Below, in pieces: positions 10,453 to 18,971 of a stretch of DNA of 64,000 bases. A program made the translations under genes and the position numbers. Position 1 is the first letter of the stretch; each line of letters opens with the position of its first letter. The stretch is from Candidatus Cryptoclostridium obscurum (GTDB lineage Bacteria; Bacillota; Dehalobacteriia; UBA7702), in assembly GCA_904420535.1 (NCBI GenBank), contig CAJFVQ010000009.1:7694-71693 (forward strand). The letters run 5' to 3'. A model generated the notes under the pieces. That model worked only from the letters and a program-made list of their open reading frames with translations. It had not been told where the DNA came from and made no database searches.

Positions 10453-10530
10453 ATGTTCGTTTCAACCGCATCTCATGGGCTTTAAGTGGAGCGATCCCCC
10501 CGACGAGAGCGAGTATAAACAGGAGGTATT
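10453..10530 (+). ncRNA. Probable L21 ribosomal leader
   Basis: CAACCGCA...GCGAGT...AGGAGG pattern in the 5' UTR of rplU, recalled from Firmicute L21 leaders. Confidence 0.6.
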
Positions 10531-10533
10531 TCA

Positions 10534-10845
10534 ATGTACGCAATTATTGAAACCGGCAGCAAACAGTATAAAGTTGCCGTGGGTGACAAGATCAAAGTTG
10601 AAAAATTAGCGCTGGAAGAAGGCGCTGAAGTCACTTTTGAACAGGTTCTTTCCGTAATGACTGATGATGGGTTAAAGATTGGTACTCCCACTGTGGACGG
10701 AGCCAAAGTCAAGGGTGAAGTTGTTTCCCAGGGTAAACATAAAAAAGTAACTGTTGTTCATTACAAGCCCAAAAAGAACATCCATACCAAAAACGGTCAT
10801 CGTCAACCCTATACCGAAGTTTTGGTGAAGGATATCACATTATAA
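10534..10845 (+). CDS. rplU: 50S ribosomal protein L21
   Basis: MYAIIETG.KQYKV, GHRQPYT. Confidence 0.98.
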   Translation: MYAIIETGSKQYKVAVGDKIKVEKLALEEGAEVTFEQVLSVMTDDGLKIGTPTVDGAKVKGEVVSQGKHKKVTVVHYKPKKNIHTKNGHRQPYTEVLVKDITL

Positions 10846-10860
10846 GGAGGTGGGATTTTA

Positions 10861-11127
10861 ATGGCACATAAAAAAGCAGGCGGTAGTTCGAAAAACGGTC
10901 GCGACAGCAAACCGAAAATGCTTGGTCTCAAACGCCATGACGGTCAGTATGTGACCGCTGGAAGCATCATTGTGAGACAACGGGGAACCAAATTCCACCC
11001 CGGTCATAATGTTGGTCTTGGCGGAGATGATACACTCTTCGCAAAAATGGATGGTTATGTAAGTTTTGAAACTGTTAGCCATACCAGAAAGCAAGTCAGC
11101 ATTTATGCTGAAAGAAAAGCAAACTAA
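10861..11127 (+). CDS. rpmA: 50S ribosomal protein L27 (short form, no N-terminal extension)
   Basis: [35 protein letters not shown]. Confidence 0.98.
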   Translation: MAHKKAGGSSKNGRDSKPKMLGLKRHDGQYVTAGSIIVRQRGTKFHPGHNVGLGGDDTLFAKMDGYVSFETVSHTRKQVSIYAERKAN

Positions 11128-11132
11128 GGATG

Positions 11133-11167
11133 TAAGTCGGAGCGTTTTACGCTCCGACTTATTTTTT
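11133..11167 (+). terminator. Intrinsic terminator between rpmA and obgE
   Basis: TAAGTCGGAGCG-TTTTA-CGCTCCGACTTA-TTTTTT. Confidence 0.75.
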
Positions 11168-11214
11168 AAAATGGAAGTGCCCGCTTTCTGCAAGAGGGCG
11201 CAAGGAGTGGATTT

Positions 11215-12486
11215 ATGTTTTATGACAGAGCGAAAATATTCCTAAAAGCTGGCGACGGCGGCAATGGTATCGTTGCCTTTCGCCGAGAAAAATACGTGCC
11301 TGAGGGGGGACCTAACGGTGGCGACGGCGGACGCGGCGGCAGTATCTACTTTATTGCCGATCATAATCTTCATACCCTCTTGGATTTTAAAATGAAGCAG
11401 CATTATAAAGCGCCGAAAGGCGAAAATGGACAGAGCTCTAATAAGATCGGGAAATCGGGAAAGGACATCTATTTGCGAGTTCCCTTGGGAACCATTGTTC
11501 GTTTTGACGGCCAGGAGGAAGTCTTCGCCGATTTGGTGGAGGACGGACAAAAGGTCAAAGTCGTCAGCGGCGGTCGCGGAGGTAAGGGAAATGCCCGTTT
11601 TGCCTCGAATCGCGATAAATCACCGATGATCGCCGAAAAAGGGGAACCGGGAGAGGAAGCTTGGATCCGCTTGGAATTGAAAGTCTTAGCCGATGTGGGC
11701 TTGGTCGGAATGCCCAATGCTGGGAAATCTACTTTTATTTCCCGGGTTTCCGCGGCAAAACCTAAAATTGCCGACTATCCATTTACCACTTTGGAGCCGA
11801 ATTTGGGCATTGTAAATCTCGGTGATGAACAGACCTTTTGCATTGCCGATGTTCCCGGTTTGATTGAAAACGCCCATGAAGGCGCAGGGCTGGGCCATTA
11901 TTTTTTGCGTCATTTGGAACGCACCAAAGTGATGATTCACCTTTTGGATATGTCGGGTCAAGAGGGCCGGGATCCCTTGGAGGATTTTGAGATCGTCAGT
12001 CGTGAACTGGAAAAATACAAAGAGGAATTGGGGAAAAAACCGCGGATCATCGCGGCCAATAAAATGGATTTGCCTGATTCTGCAGAGAACCTTCGCCGTT
12101 TGCGGGAAAGATACGGAGATCGTTTCGAGATATTCCCGATCTCCGCGGTGCAAGGAGAGAATCTGAAAAAGGTTTTGTATCGTGCTTATGAGATCGTCCA
12201 GAATGCGCCTAAAGAGGAACCGGTCGCTCCGGAAGAAATCAAAGTGACGACCATGAAAGAGCGAAAACCCTTTACCATTTATCGCGATCCCTGGGGATAT
12301 CTCCACGTGGAAGGCGATGAAGTGAAAAAGTGGATCGCCATGACAGATTTTGAAAATGAAGACGCTGTTCGCCGTCTCCAGCGGATTTTCAAAGCCATGG
12401 GATTAGATGACGCCCTACGGGAAGCCGGCGCTGTAGAGGGCGATACCATTGTCGTGTATGATCTGGAATTTGATTACGCCGAATAA
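11215..12486 (+). CDS. obgE: GTPase ObgE/CgtA with C-terminal OCT domain
   Basis: Gly-rich Obg fold FRREKYVP, GMPNAGKS, DYPFTT, DVPG, NKMD. Confidence 0.98.
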   Translation: MFYDRAKIFLKAGDGGNGIVAFRREKYVPEGGPNGGDGGRGGSIYFIADHNLHTLLDFKMKQHYKAPKGENGQSSNKIGKSGKDIYLRVPLGTIVRFDGQEEVFADLVEDGQKVKVVSGGRGGKGNARFASNRDKSPMIAEKGEPGEEAWIRLELKVLADVGLVGMPNAGKSTFISRVSAAKPKIADYPFTTLEPNLGIVNLGDEQTFCIADVPGLIENAHEGAGLGHYFLRHLERTKVMIHLLDMSGQEGRDPLEDFEIVSRELEKYKEELGKKPRIIAANKMDLPDSAENLRRLRERYGDRFEIFPISAVQGENLKKVLYRAYEIVQNAPKEEPVAPEEIKVTTMKERKPFTIYRDPWGYLHVEGDEVKKWIAMTDFENEDAVRRLQRIFKAMGLDDALREAGAVEGDTIVVYDLEFDYAE

Positions 12487-12512
12487 CGTGTTGATAAAGG
12501 AGCAAATCACAA

Positions 12513-12809
12513 ATGACGTTAAAAGGAAAACAGAAAAGCTATCTCAGAAGTATGGCCATGACCATGGATGCTATCTTTCAAATCGGTAAAGAGGGAATTG
12601 GCGATCATTTTGTGAAGCAGTTAGATGATGCCTTGGAGGCCAGGGAATTGATTAAAATAAAAATTCTTAAAAATTCTGCGGAGGAGGCCAAAGAAGCGGG
12701 AGAATCGCTGGCAAAGGAACTTAACGCGGAGTTGGTGCAGATCATTGGCCGTTGCATTGTGTTATATCGCAAATCAAGGAAAAAACCAAAAATTGAACTG
12801 CCTCTTTGA
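12513..12809 (+). CDS. yhbY: CRM-domain ribosome assembly RNA-binding protein
   Basis: KQKSYLRS, QIGKEG, ARELIKIK, VQIIG. Confidence 0.93.
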   Translation: MTLKGKQKSYLRSMAMTMDAIFQIGKEGIGDHFVKQLDDALEARELIKIKILKNSAEEAKEAGESLAKELNAELVQIIGRCIVLYRKSRKKPKIELPL

Positions 12810-12850
12810 CTCTGGATAACCTATAAAAGAAATCGAAGGAATTTATCAGT

Positions 12851-12884
12851 AAAGGACTGCCTAATATTGTAGGGCAGTCCTTTT
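12851..12884. terminator. Bidirectional terminator
   Basis: AAAGGACTGCC...GGCAGTCCTTTT between convergent genes. Confidence 0.75.
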
Positions 12885-12941
12885 AATGTAATAGAATAGA
12901 TATCAAGGATAGAAAGATAACGAATAAAAAAGAGAAACATT

Positions 12942-14060
12942 TTACATAAACAAGAGGATTGCGTAAGGAGTAATGTAGGCTTCGATCAAAGCCGCGATCA
13001 ATACCAGCGGGAGAATGAGTAACAGATAGGTTCGAATGGTATCGGCCAACATCGGCAGGATCGGTGTCTCATGAATGATGCGTCGTATGAGTTGAATACA
13101 AAGGGATACACCGAGAGACGCTGCCACAATCATGGTGGGAATTTCCACAATGCCGTGGGGCAAAAGTCCAGCTAATAGTAGACCGAGATCGATTCCCTGT
13201 TCGAGGAAGGTGATACAAAATGCTCCGATGGCAAAACAATTCACCAATAAGTAAAACAACGGCATAAAAATAAAAGGCAGTAAACCGGAAAAAGCAATCA
13301 GGCCGTTGGCCCTTAGGTTATTGAGAAAAATGAAACGGAACATGTCAAAAGAGTCGTAACCTGCCAAGGGCTCATTGTTGCTGTTTTCGTCTTCTGATCC
13401 CGTGGTCGTTGTAGGTTCATCAGAGGTCTGGTAGGATTCGGCTTCTTCCACCACTGTTTCCATCATGGCATTGAAATAATTTTGGACCTCCTGATGGTTG
13501 GAAAGCCATGCAAAGGAAAGGACCATGGCAAATAGGAAGAACAGGGCGGTAAATATGACAGGTTTTACTAACTGCGGTAGGAATTGCTTTTCTTTGCGAA
13601 GCTGTTCCTTAAAAAGATTCCTTTGTGACTGTCCCTTCTCAAAAATGGCGATGGTAGGGGAGGCGACGTCTTCCCTATCGTTATCGTTTCTCCGAGGTTC
13701 ATATCCCATTGCCATGATGCTTTTGGTATGTTCTTCTGAAAGGAAGAATGTTTCTAAACGGTAATGCCGTGATGGAAATTTGATCTCCGCTGCTGCGATC
13801 ACATCGTTTTCCCGCTGTGGGGATTCCATAAAAATCGGTCCCAAACGGCATTGATCCTTAGATATTTTTTGAACGGGGAGAAAACCGACGACTGCTTTTC
13901 CTTGAGTGATAAAAAAGTAGTGATTTCCTTTTTTTCCCATTGTTTCTCTGATTGCGGCAATGGAATCGACGTTGTTATGGGACTCTAAGATCGACTGTTG
14001 GATCTCCTGTATTTTAGGGGCATCTTTTTCCACTGCTGGGCGTAGAGTGATTCGTTTCAT
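12942..14060 (-). CDS. GNAT-like N-terminal domain fused to a SpoIIM/DUF95-family membrane domain
   Basis: N-term ITLRPAVEKD...VVGFL...LGPIF...MGY; C-term FIFLNNLR, LLPHGIVEIP, AALIEAYITP. Confidence 0.7.
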   Translation of the reverse strand: MKRITLRPAVEKDAPKIQEIQQSILESHNNVDSIAAIRETMGKKGNHYFFITQGKAVVGFLPVQKISKDQCRLGPIFMESPQRENDVIAAAEIKFPSRHYRLETFFLSEEHTKSIMAMGYEPRRNDNDREDVASPTIAIFEKGQSQRNLFKEQLRKEKQFLPQLVKPVIFTALFFLFAMVLSFAWLSNHQEVQNYFNAMMETVVEEAESYQTSDEPTTTTGSEDENSNNEPLAGYDSFDMFRFIFLNNLRANGLIAFSGLLPFIFMPLFYLLVNCFAIGAFCITFLEQGIDLGLLLAGLLPHGIVEIPTMIVAASLGVSLCIQLIRRIIHETPILPMLADTIRTYLLLILPLVLIAALIEAYITPYAILLFM

Positions 14061-14502
14061 ATTCTTCCATACATTCCTTTACAAATTTGGGAGAACTTTG
14101 TGGCCTCTTCCGACGCTGGTGCTATTCCTTCCTTTAAGAAAACGGCGAATCACCGTTCTTATACTCTCTCTTACATCGATGACATAACCGTCGGAATTAT
14201 AAAAACAGAGTCCGTACTGGTTCCGGTGGTGTACCAGTTTTAAATGTCATGAGTTTACTTTTTGCAAACAGGAGTCGGAATCTTCTTCCTCAAAATAGAG
14301 TACGCCGCGTAGCACTTTGTGGGGATTTCTTCGGGATTTTTCCTGAAATTTCTGCTATGTTCGATGGCTTCTAAGGCCAAACTACCCTAGAAAGTAATGT
14401 TTGCACCGACGTAGAAAATCTCTTTTTGTTTCAATACCTTTTCATAAAATTTCTGGGAACTGCGATGTCTTTGGCAGCAATCAATAGGCATTGGAATTTC
14501 AT
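14057..14502 (-). pseudogene. Degraded glyoxalase/VOC-family gene
   Basis: RBS AGGAGG, then MKFQCLLIAAKDIAVPR, frameshift, FYEKVLKQKE...GANITF, TAG at 14389-14387; later fragments LYFEEED, FYNSDGYVIDVRESIRTVIRRFLK and FVKECMEEY* whose stop overlaps the next ATG. Confidence 0.75.
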
Positions 14503-14575
14503 GATTTCCTCCTGTAAAATCCTTTTGGCTACGGTGTATTTTATCATAACTTCTCAGTGATTACCAGTAAATATT

Positions 14576-14613
14576 ACAACTTAAGCCGTTTCATAAGAAA
14601 CGGCTTAAGTTGT
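14576..14613. terminator. Terminator of the ABC importer operon
   Basis: ACAACTTAAGCCGTTTC-ATAA-GAAACGGCTTAAGTTGT, perfect 17-bp stem. Confidence 0.7.
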
Positions 14614-14625
14614 TTGGTTTCAGTT

Positions 14626-15381
14626 TTACCACTTTTCCAAAAGACTTTTCATCCAGGCCTTGATATCAATGCCGTAAGTTTCTTCTAAAGCGTCGCCTTC
14701 AAAAATGGTATTGCTTCCACCGTAAGCCACCATGCGGCCGGCTTTCATCAATAGAACTTTGTCTGCAAAATCTCTTACCATATTAAGATCATGCAACACG
14801 CCGATGACACCACGGCGATTTTCTGAAGACCAGACTTTAAGAAATTCTAATAATTCTAACTGATGACGAATATCGAGATGATTGGTGGGCTCGTCCAATA
14901 GAATCAGTTCCGGATCTTGGGCTAAGGCTTTTGCCAAAAAAACGCGCTGCATCTGACCACCGGATAATTGTGTAATGGGCTTATCCTTAATTTCCATGAG
15001 ATTTACTTCTTCCATGCAGTGGTCCACGAATTCTTTATCCTCGGTGGATAAGGTCCCGAAACGGCTTTTTTGGTGAGCGTAACGACCCAAAGCCACTGCT
15101 TCGTAGACAGTATAAGAAAAGTATGTTGCTGAACTAACCTGGGCCATGAGCGCTATTTTTTGAGAGATCTCTCGTCGCTTCATTGTGCGGATTTCCTGTT
15201 GGTCCAGGGTTACACTCCCCTCGTAGGGAAGGAGATCTGTAATACCCCGCAATAGTGTCGTTTTCCCACACCCGTTAGGGCCGATAATACAGAGGATTTC
15301 GCCGCGATTCAGAGAAAAACTAATATCGTTAACGATTTTTGCATCCTGGTAACCACAGCTGATATGTTTCACTTCAAGCAT
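14626..15381 (-). CDS. Cobalamin/iron-chelate ABC transporter ATPase (BtuD/FecE type)
   Basis: GPNGCGKT, LSGGQMQR, LLDEPTNHLD, LHDLN. Confidence 0.92.
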   Translation of the reverse strand: MLEVKHISCGYQDAKIVNDISFSLNRGEILCIIGPNGCGKTTLLRGITDLLPYEGSVTLDQQEIRTMKRREISQKIALMAQVSSATYFSYTVYEAVALGRYAHQKSRFGTLSTEDKEFVDHCMEEVNLMEIKDKPITQLSGGQMQRVFLAKALAQDPELILLDEPTNHLDIRHQLELLEFLKVWSSENRRGVIGVLHDLNMVRDFADKVLLMKAGRMVAYGGSNTIFEGDALEETYGIDIKAWMKSLLEKW

Positions 15382-15411
15382 AAAATACCTGCTTCCCGTT
15401 GTGATATTGAT

Positions 15412-16434
15412 TTAAGAGTTGCGAACCTTCTCTTTTTTGAAAAATACGTAGGCAAAAAATGGAGCGCCGATGAGAGCAGAAATAACGCTGACAGGAATTT
15501 CCGAGGATGGCACCAGCGTTCTGGAGATAAGGTCCGCAATGACCATGAAGATACCTCCAAAAAAAATGGACATAGGCAGAACATAACGGTGTGACGAACC
15601 GAAAATTTTGCGGACCACATGGGGCGCAATGAGATCCAGAAACCCAATTACACCGGCGAATGCTACGGCACTGCCGGTCAATATCCCAGTAAGGCCCAGC
15701 AAAATCCATTTTACTTTTTCTGTTTCCACACCTGCTGCCTTGGCTTGTTCTTCTCCAAAAGTGAGTATATCCATTTCCCGTACATAGAACATTAAACCAA
15801 TGATTCCGATGAGAAAAAATGGCAAAATACCGCCAACGTATTTCCATCCTTTTAATGCGAAGGAACCCATTTGCCAAAGCACAATAGATTCAAGATTTTC
15901 TCTGAAAAGGGCGGTCAACGCCTGAAGCAGTGCATTGATAAATAGGGAAAAAACCATCCCAGTTAAGACAATGGTGTTATTGCTCATGTTAGGATCGATT
16001 TTACTCGCCAACAAAACACTGCCAAAAACTGTGGCCAGACCAAAAATCAGGCCGACCAAAGGCAGGGTGAAGATTCCAATCCCTGATAATGATAATCCTG
16101 AAATAATAATAAGTCCTGCCCCCAATGAGGCCCCGGAACTAACCCCTAATGTAAAAGGAGAAGCCAAGGGATTCCGCAGAACTGATTGTACAACAGTGCC
16201 GCTGGCAGCCAATGCCCCGCCAACGAAAAACGCCAGAAGAACTCTTGGTAAACGGAGTTGCCATACAATAGCAACCTCATTATCGGAGATTCCACTGTTT
16301 AATGGGATTTGAAACAGCTTGTTTCCCAAAATAGAAAAAGTGTGAAGGGGAGAGATTGTTTGACTACCAATACAAACGGATAAAAGAATGATCACAAGGG
16401 TCAGAATCAAGCTGATGATAATTTTTTTCTTCAT
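15412..16434 (-). CDS. Cobalamin/iron-chelate ABC permease (BtuC/FecCD type)
   Basis: LRLPR, RNPLASPFTLGVSSGA, GEEQAKAAG, IGAPFF. Confidence 0.93.
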   Translation of the reverse strand: MKKKIIISLILTLVIILLSVCIGSQTISPLHTFSILGNKLFQIPLNSGISDNEVAIVWQLRLPRVLLAFFVGGALAASGTVVQSVLRNPLASPFTLGVSSGASLGAGLIIISGLSLSGIGIFTLPLVGLIFGLATVFGSVLLASKIDPNMSNNTIVLTGMVFSLFINALLQALTALFRENLESIVLWQMGSFALKGWKYVGGILPFFLIGIIGLMFYVREMDILTFGEEQAKAAGVETEKVKWILLGLTGILTGSAVAFAGVIGFLDLIAPHVVRKIFGSSHRYVLPMSIFFGGIFMVIADLISRTLVPSSEIPVSVISALIGAPFFAYVFFKKEKVRNS

Positions 16435-16462
16435 GATTGAGTATGCTTATGAACCTTTCCCT

Positions 16463-17392
16463 TTAATTGTAATATTCTGGGTAGATTGCTTTTGCAATTT
16501 CATTCATTGCTTTTACCACATTTTGAGTAGGACGGGAAGATGCATTTGCTTCTACCAAATAGACCTCACCATTGGCCACGGCGGGAATAGTGTTCCAACC
16601 GTCTCTTCCCTTAATTTCGTCGACTTGGTTGTCCATATAATCGACATTCGTAATAATGACATCAGGTGCTTTCGTAATGATGGTTTCGGCATTAGGTGAA
16701 ATCCATCCTTCTTCATCGCTAAAGACGTTTTCAGCACCACAGAGCTCTATAATTTCGTTGAGAAAATTTCCGGTACCAAAAGTTGTGATATTCGGTGCCG
16801 GGGCTAATTCAAAATAGACGGTTTTTTTATCGGTAATCGTTTCTCCGATGGCCGCAATTTCATCAATGGATGCCTGCATATTTTCTGTCATGCTTTGAGC
16901 GGTGTCTTCTTTGTTGACCACTTCTCCCAGAAATTCTATATCATCCATGATGCCTTCCAAAGACACGGAATTATCCATATAAATAACGGTAACGCCTTGT
17001 TCCACTAAGGTTCGATAAGGATCATCATCGTTTAATTGACTGTTGCTGGAAGCAATAAGAATTTGAGGATCCAGAGACATTAGCATCTCAATGTCGGGTG
17101 ACATTGTGTCAAAAGTGGGCAAGTCTTTGTCAATACCATCTACATCGGTGCTGTAGTTGTCAACTGCTACTAACTTATCGGCAGCGCCCAAACCGGCTAT
17201 GATTTCTGTTGCAGAGGGGGTTGCGCCAACGATTTTAGTTGCATTGGTGGGAATGGTGTATTCCTGCCCATTGTAAACTACGACTTTTTGGTTTTCATTG
17301 GCCTGATTCTCTGATGTCTCCTCATCTGAGCTACAAGCCATCAATAAACAACATAGTATTACTGTCACAATGGACATAAGTAGTTTTTTCAT
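16463..17392 (-). CDS. Class III substrate-binding lipoprotein (BtuF-like)
   Basis: Lipobox LMAC; PSATEII, PDIE...LDP, GAENVF, W.TIPAV.NG.VY, SRP. Confidence 0.88.
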   Translation of the reverse strand: MKKLLMSIVTVILCCLLMACSSDEETSENQANENQKVVVYNGQEYTIPTNATKIVGATPSATEIIAGLGAADKLVAVDNYSTDVDGIDKDLPTFDTMSPDIEMLMSLDPQILIASSNSQLNDDDPYRTLVEQGVTVIYMDNSVSLEGIMDDIEFLGEVVNKEDTAQSMTENMQASIDEIAAIGETITDKKTVYFELAPAPNITTFGTGNFLNEIIELCGAENVFSDEEGWISPNAETIITKAPDVIITNVDYMDNQVDEIKGRDGWNTIPAVANGEVYLVEANASSRPTQNVVKAMNEIAKAIYPEYYN

Positions 17393-17982
17393 TTTCAGCC
17401 TCCTAATAATGATTTCGTGGTCATAACGATCATATTTTTCTAATGAATAGAAAAATCAACAGAAACAGTATACTCTTTTCTTATATAAAAGTAAACGGAT
17501 TTACAACAATTTTAGCAAATGTTTTAAAGATATCGAGAGATTTCTGTCAAATTAGAATTGAAAGTAGTTTATAGGTGCTCTTTCTGTTGGCGAAAAAGAA
17601 TGGTATTATATAATTATATAAACAAAGTGATAGAAATGTTATGACAAAAGTCTATATCACATAGCTCCGTACTATAGATTTGAACGATGAGATGGAAAAG
17701 GTGTTCGGAGGAAAGTAGAGGTTGGATCGTATCGAGAAAAGAGGTTGTGTCTCTATGTGGAAGAAGGTAATAAGATAAGAATATAATATGAAAGCTTTTT
17801 GTGGTATCATATTGGCATCCAGGGTCAATGGAGAAACCAATGATTGACCATATACCTGTTGTGGGGCATATAATTGCAGTAGACCGATACAATGAAAGTG
17901 GGAAATGGATAGGAGAATTTAACAACTCCGGCAAAGTAAAGGCAGCTACCTTCCATTTTAAAAAACAGATTTTTCTTTCAAA

Positions 17983-18012
17983 AAAAGAGTCGGTCAATGG
18001 ACCGACTCTTTT
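17983..18012. terminator. Bidirectional terminator downstream of the corrinoid protein gene
   Basis: AAAAGAGTCGGTC-AATG-GACCGACTCTTTT. Confidence 0.8.
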
Positions 18013-18031
18013 AATAACTAATAACTTAAAC

Positions 18032-18664
18032 TTAGCAACCCAAGAGTTTTTTGCAGAGGTCGCAAGCGGTAGCAGCATCAGGAGCAAAACCGTCAGCACC
18101 GATTTCATCAGCAAATTCCTGGGAAACAGGTGCGCCACCAACGATCAATTTTACATCGTTCATGCCAGCTTCTTTGAAGCAGTCAACAGTTTCTTTCATG
18201 GCCAACATGGTGGTGGTCAACAAAGCGGACATCGCAACGATTTTAGCACCGCTGTCTTTGGCAGCTTTGAGGAAATCTTCAGGAGCAACGTCGATACCAA
18301 CGTTTACTACGGTGAAGCCGGTGGATTCGAGCATCATACCGACCAAGTTTTTGCCGATGTCATGCAAGTCACCTTTAACGGTACCGAGAACAACTTTACC
18401 CAAGGAAGGCATATCATCGCCACCGAGGAGGGGTTTTACCAATTCAACACCAGCGCCCATTGCTTTTGCAGCCATGAGAACTTCAGGAACAAACATTTCG
18501 CCAGCTTTGAAGCGGGGACCAACGATGTTCATGCCGCCGATGAGACCTTCGTTGATGATATCGAGGGGAGCAGTACCGGCATCGATCAATTCTTGAACTT
18601 GACCTTTGATTTCGCCTAAGTTACCAGTGATAACGCATTGTGCTACGGATTCTAAAGTTGCCAT
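18032..18664 (-). CDS. Methyltransferase cognate corrinoid protein (MttC/MtbC-like)
   Basis: RBS AGGAGG, ATG 18664; helical cap GEMFVPEVL and B12 motifs GDLHDIGKN, SALLTTTM, VGGAP. Confidence 0.93.
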   Translation of the reverse strand: MATLESVAQCVITGNLGEIKGQVQELIDAGTAPLDIINEGLIGGMNIVGPRFKAGEMFVPEVLMAAKAMGAGVELVKPLLGGDDMPSLGKVVLGTVKGDLHDIGKNLVGMMLESTGFTVVNVGIDVAPEDFLKAAKDSGAKIVAMSALLTTTMLAMKETVDCFKEAGMNDVKLIVGGAPVSQEFADEIGADGFAPDAATACDLCKKLLGC

Positions 18665-18971
18665 TAGAATTACCTCCTTATTTTTACGTGCCTTTTTCTC
18701 TATGGCACATTTCTTTGTTGTAAATATTATCACAAAAATATCATAAAAGGTAAAGGGTGAAATTGCAATTTTTTGGTTTATTTTTTTTACATTGGAGGTG
18801 TAATTTTTTGACTTTTGGTGATTTCTTGATTAGGGATCGCTGTCAATAAAAATTATGATACAATTTGGCGTTTTTTGTGATAAAAAATCTGTAATTTTTA
18901 AGTGTCCATGCAACCTTTCTTGCCATTCCGCATATGGTTTTAAAGTAAATTTTTTAAAGGAAGGTGCATCC

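Noticed and set aside
14387..14389. In-frame TAG as possible pyrrolysine (a corrinoid gene is nearby)
   Set aside because: The same gene has independent frameshifts, so ordinary decay explains it
17393..18030. Cobalamin riboswitch ahead of the BtuF-like gene
   Set aside because: The conserved GGGAA / GCCACUG / B12-box pattern was not found on the minus strand
17801..18619. 272-aa plus-strand ORF
   Set aside because: Antisense shadow of the corrinoid gene; it runs through a terminator and has no recognisable motif
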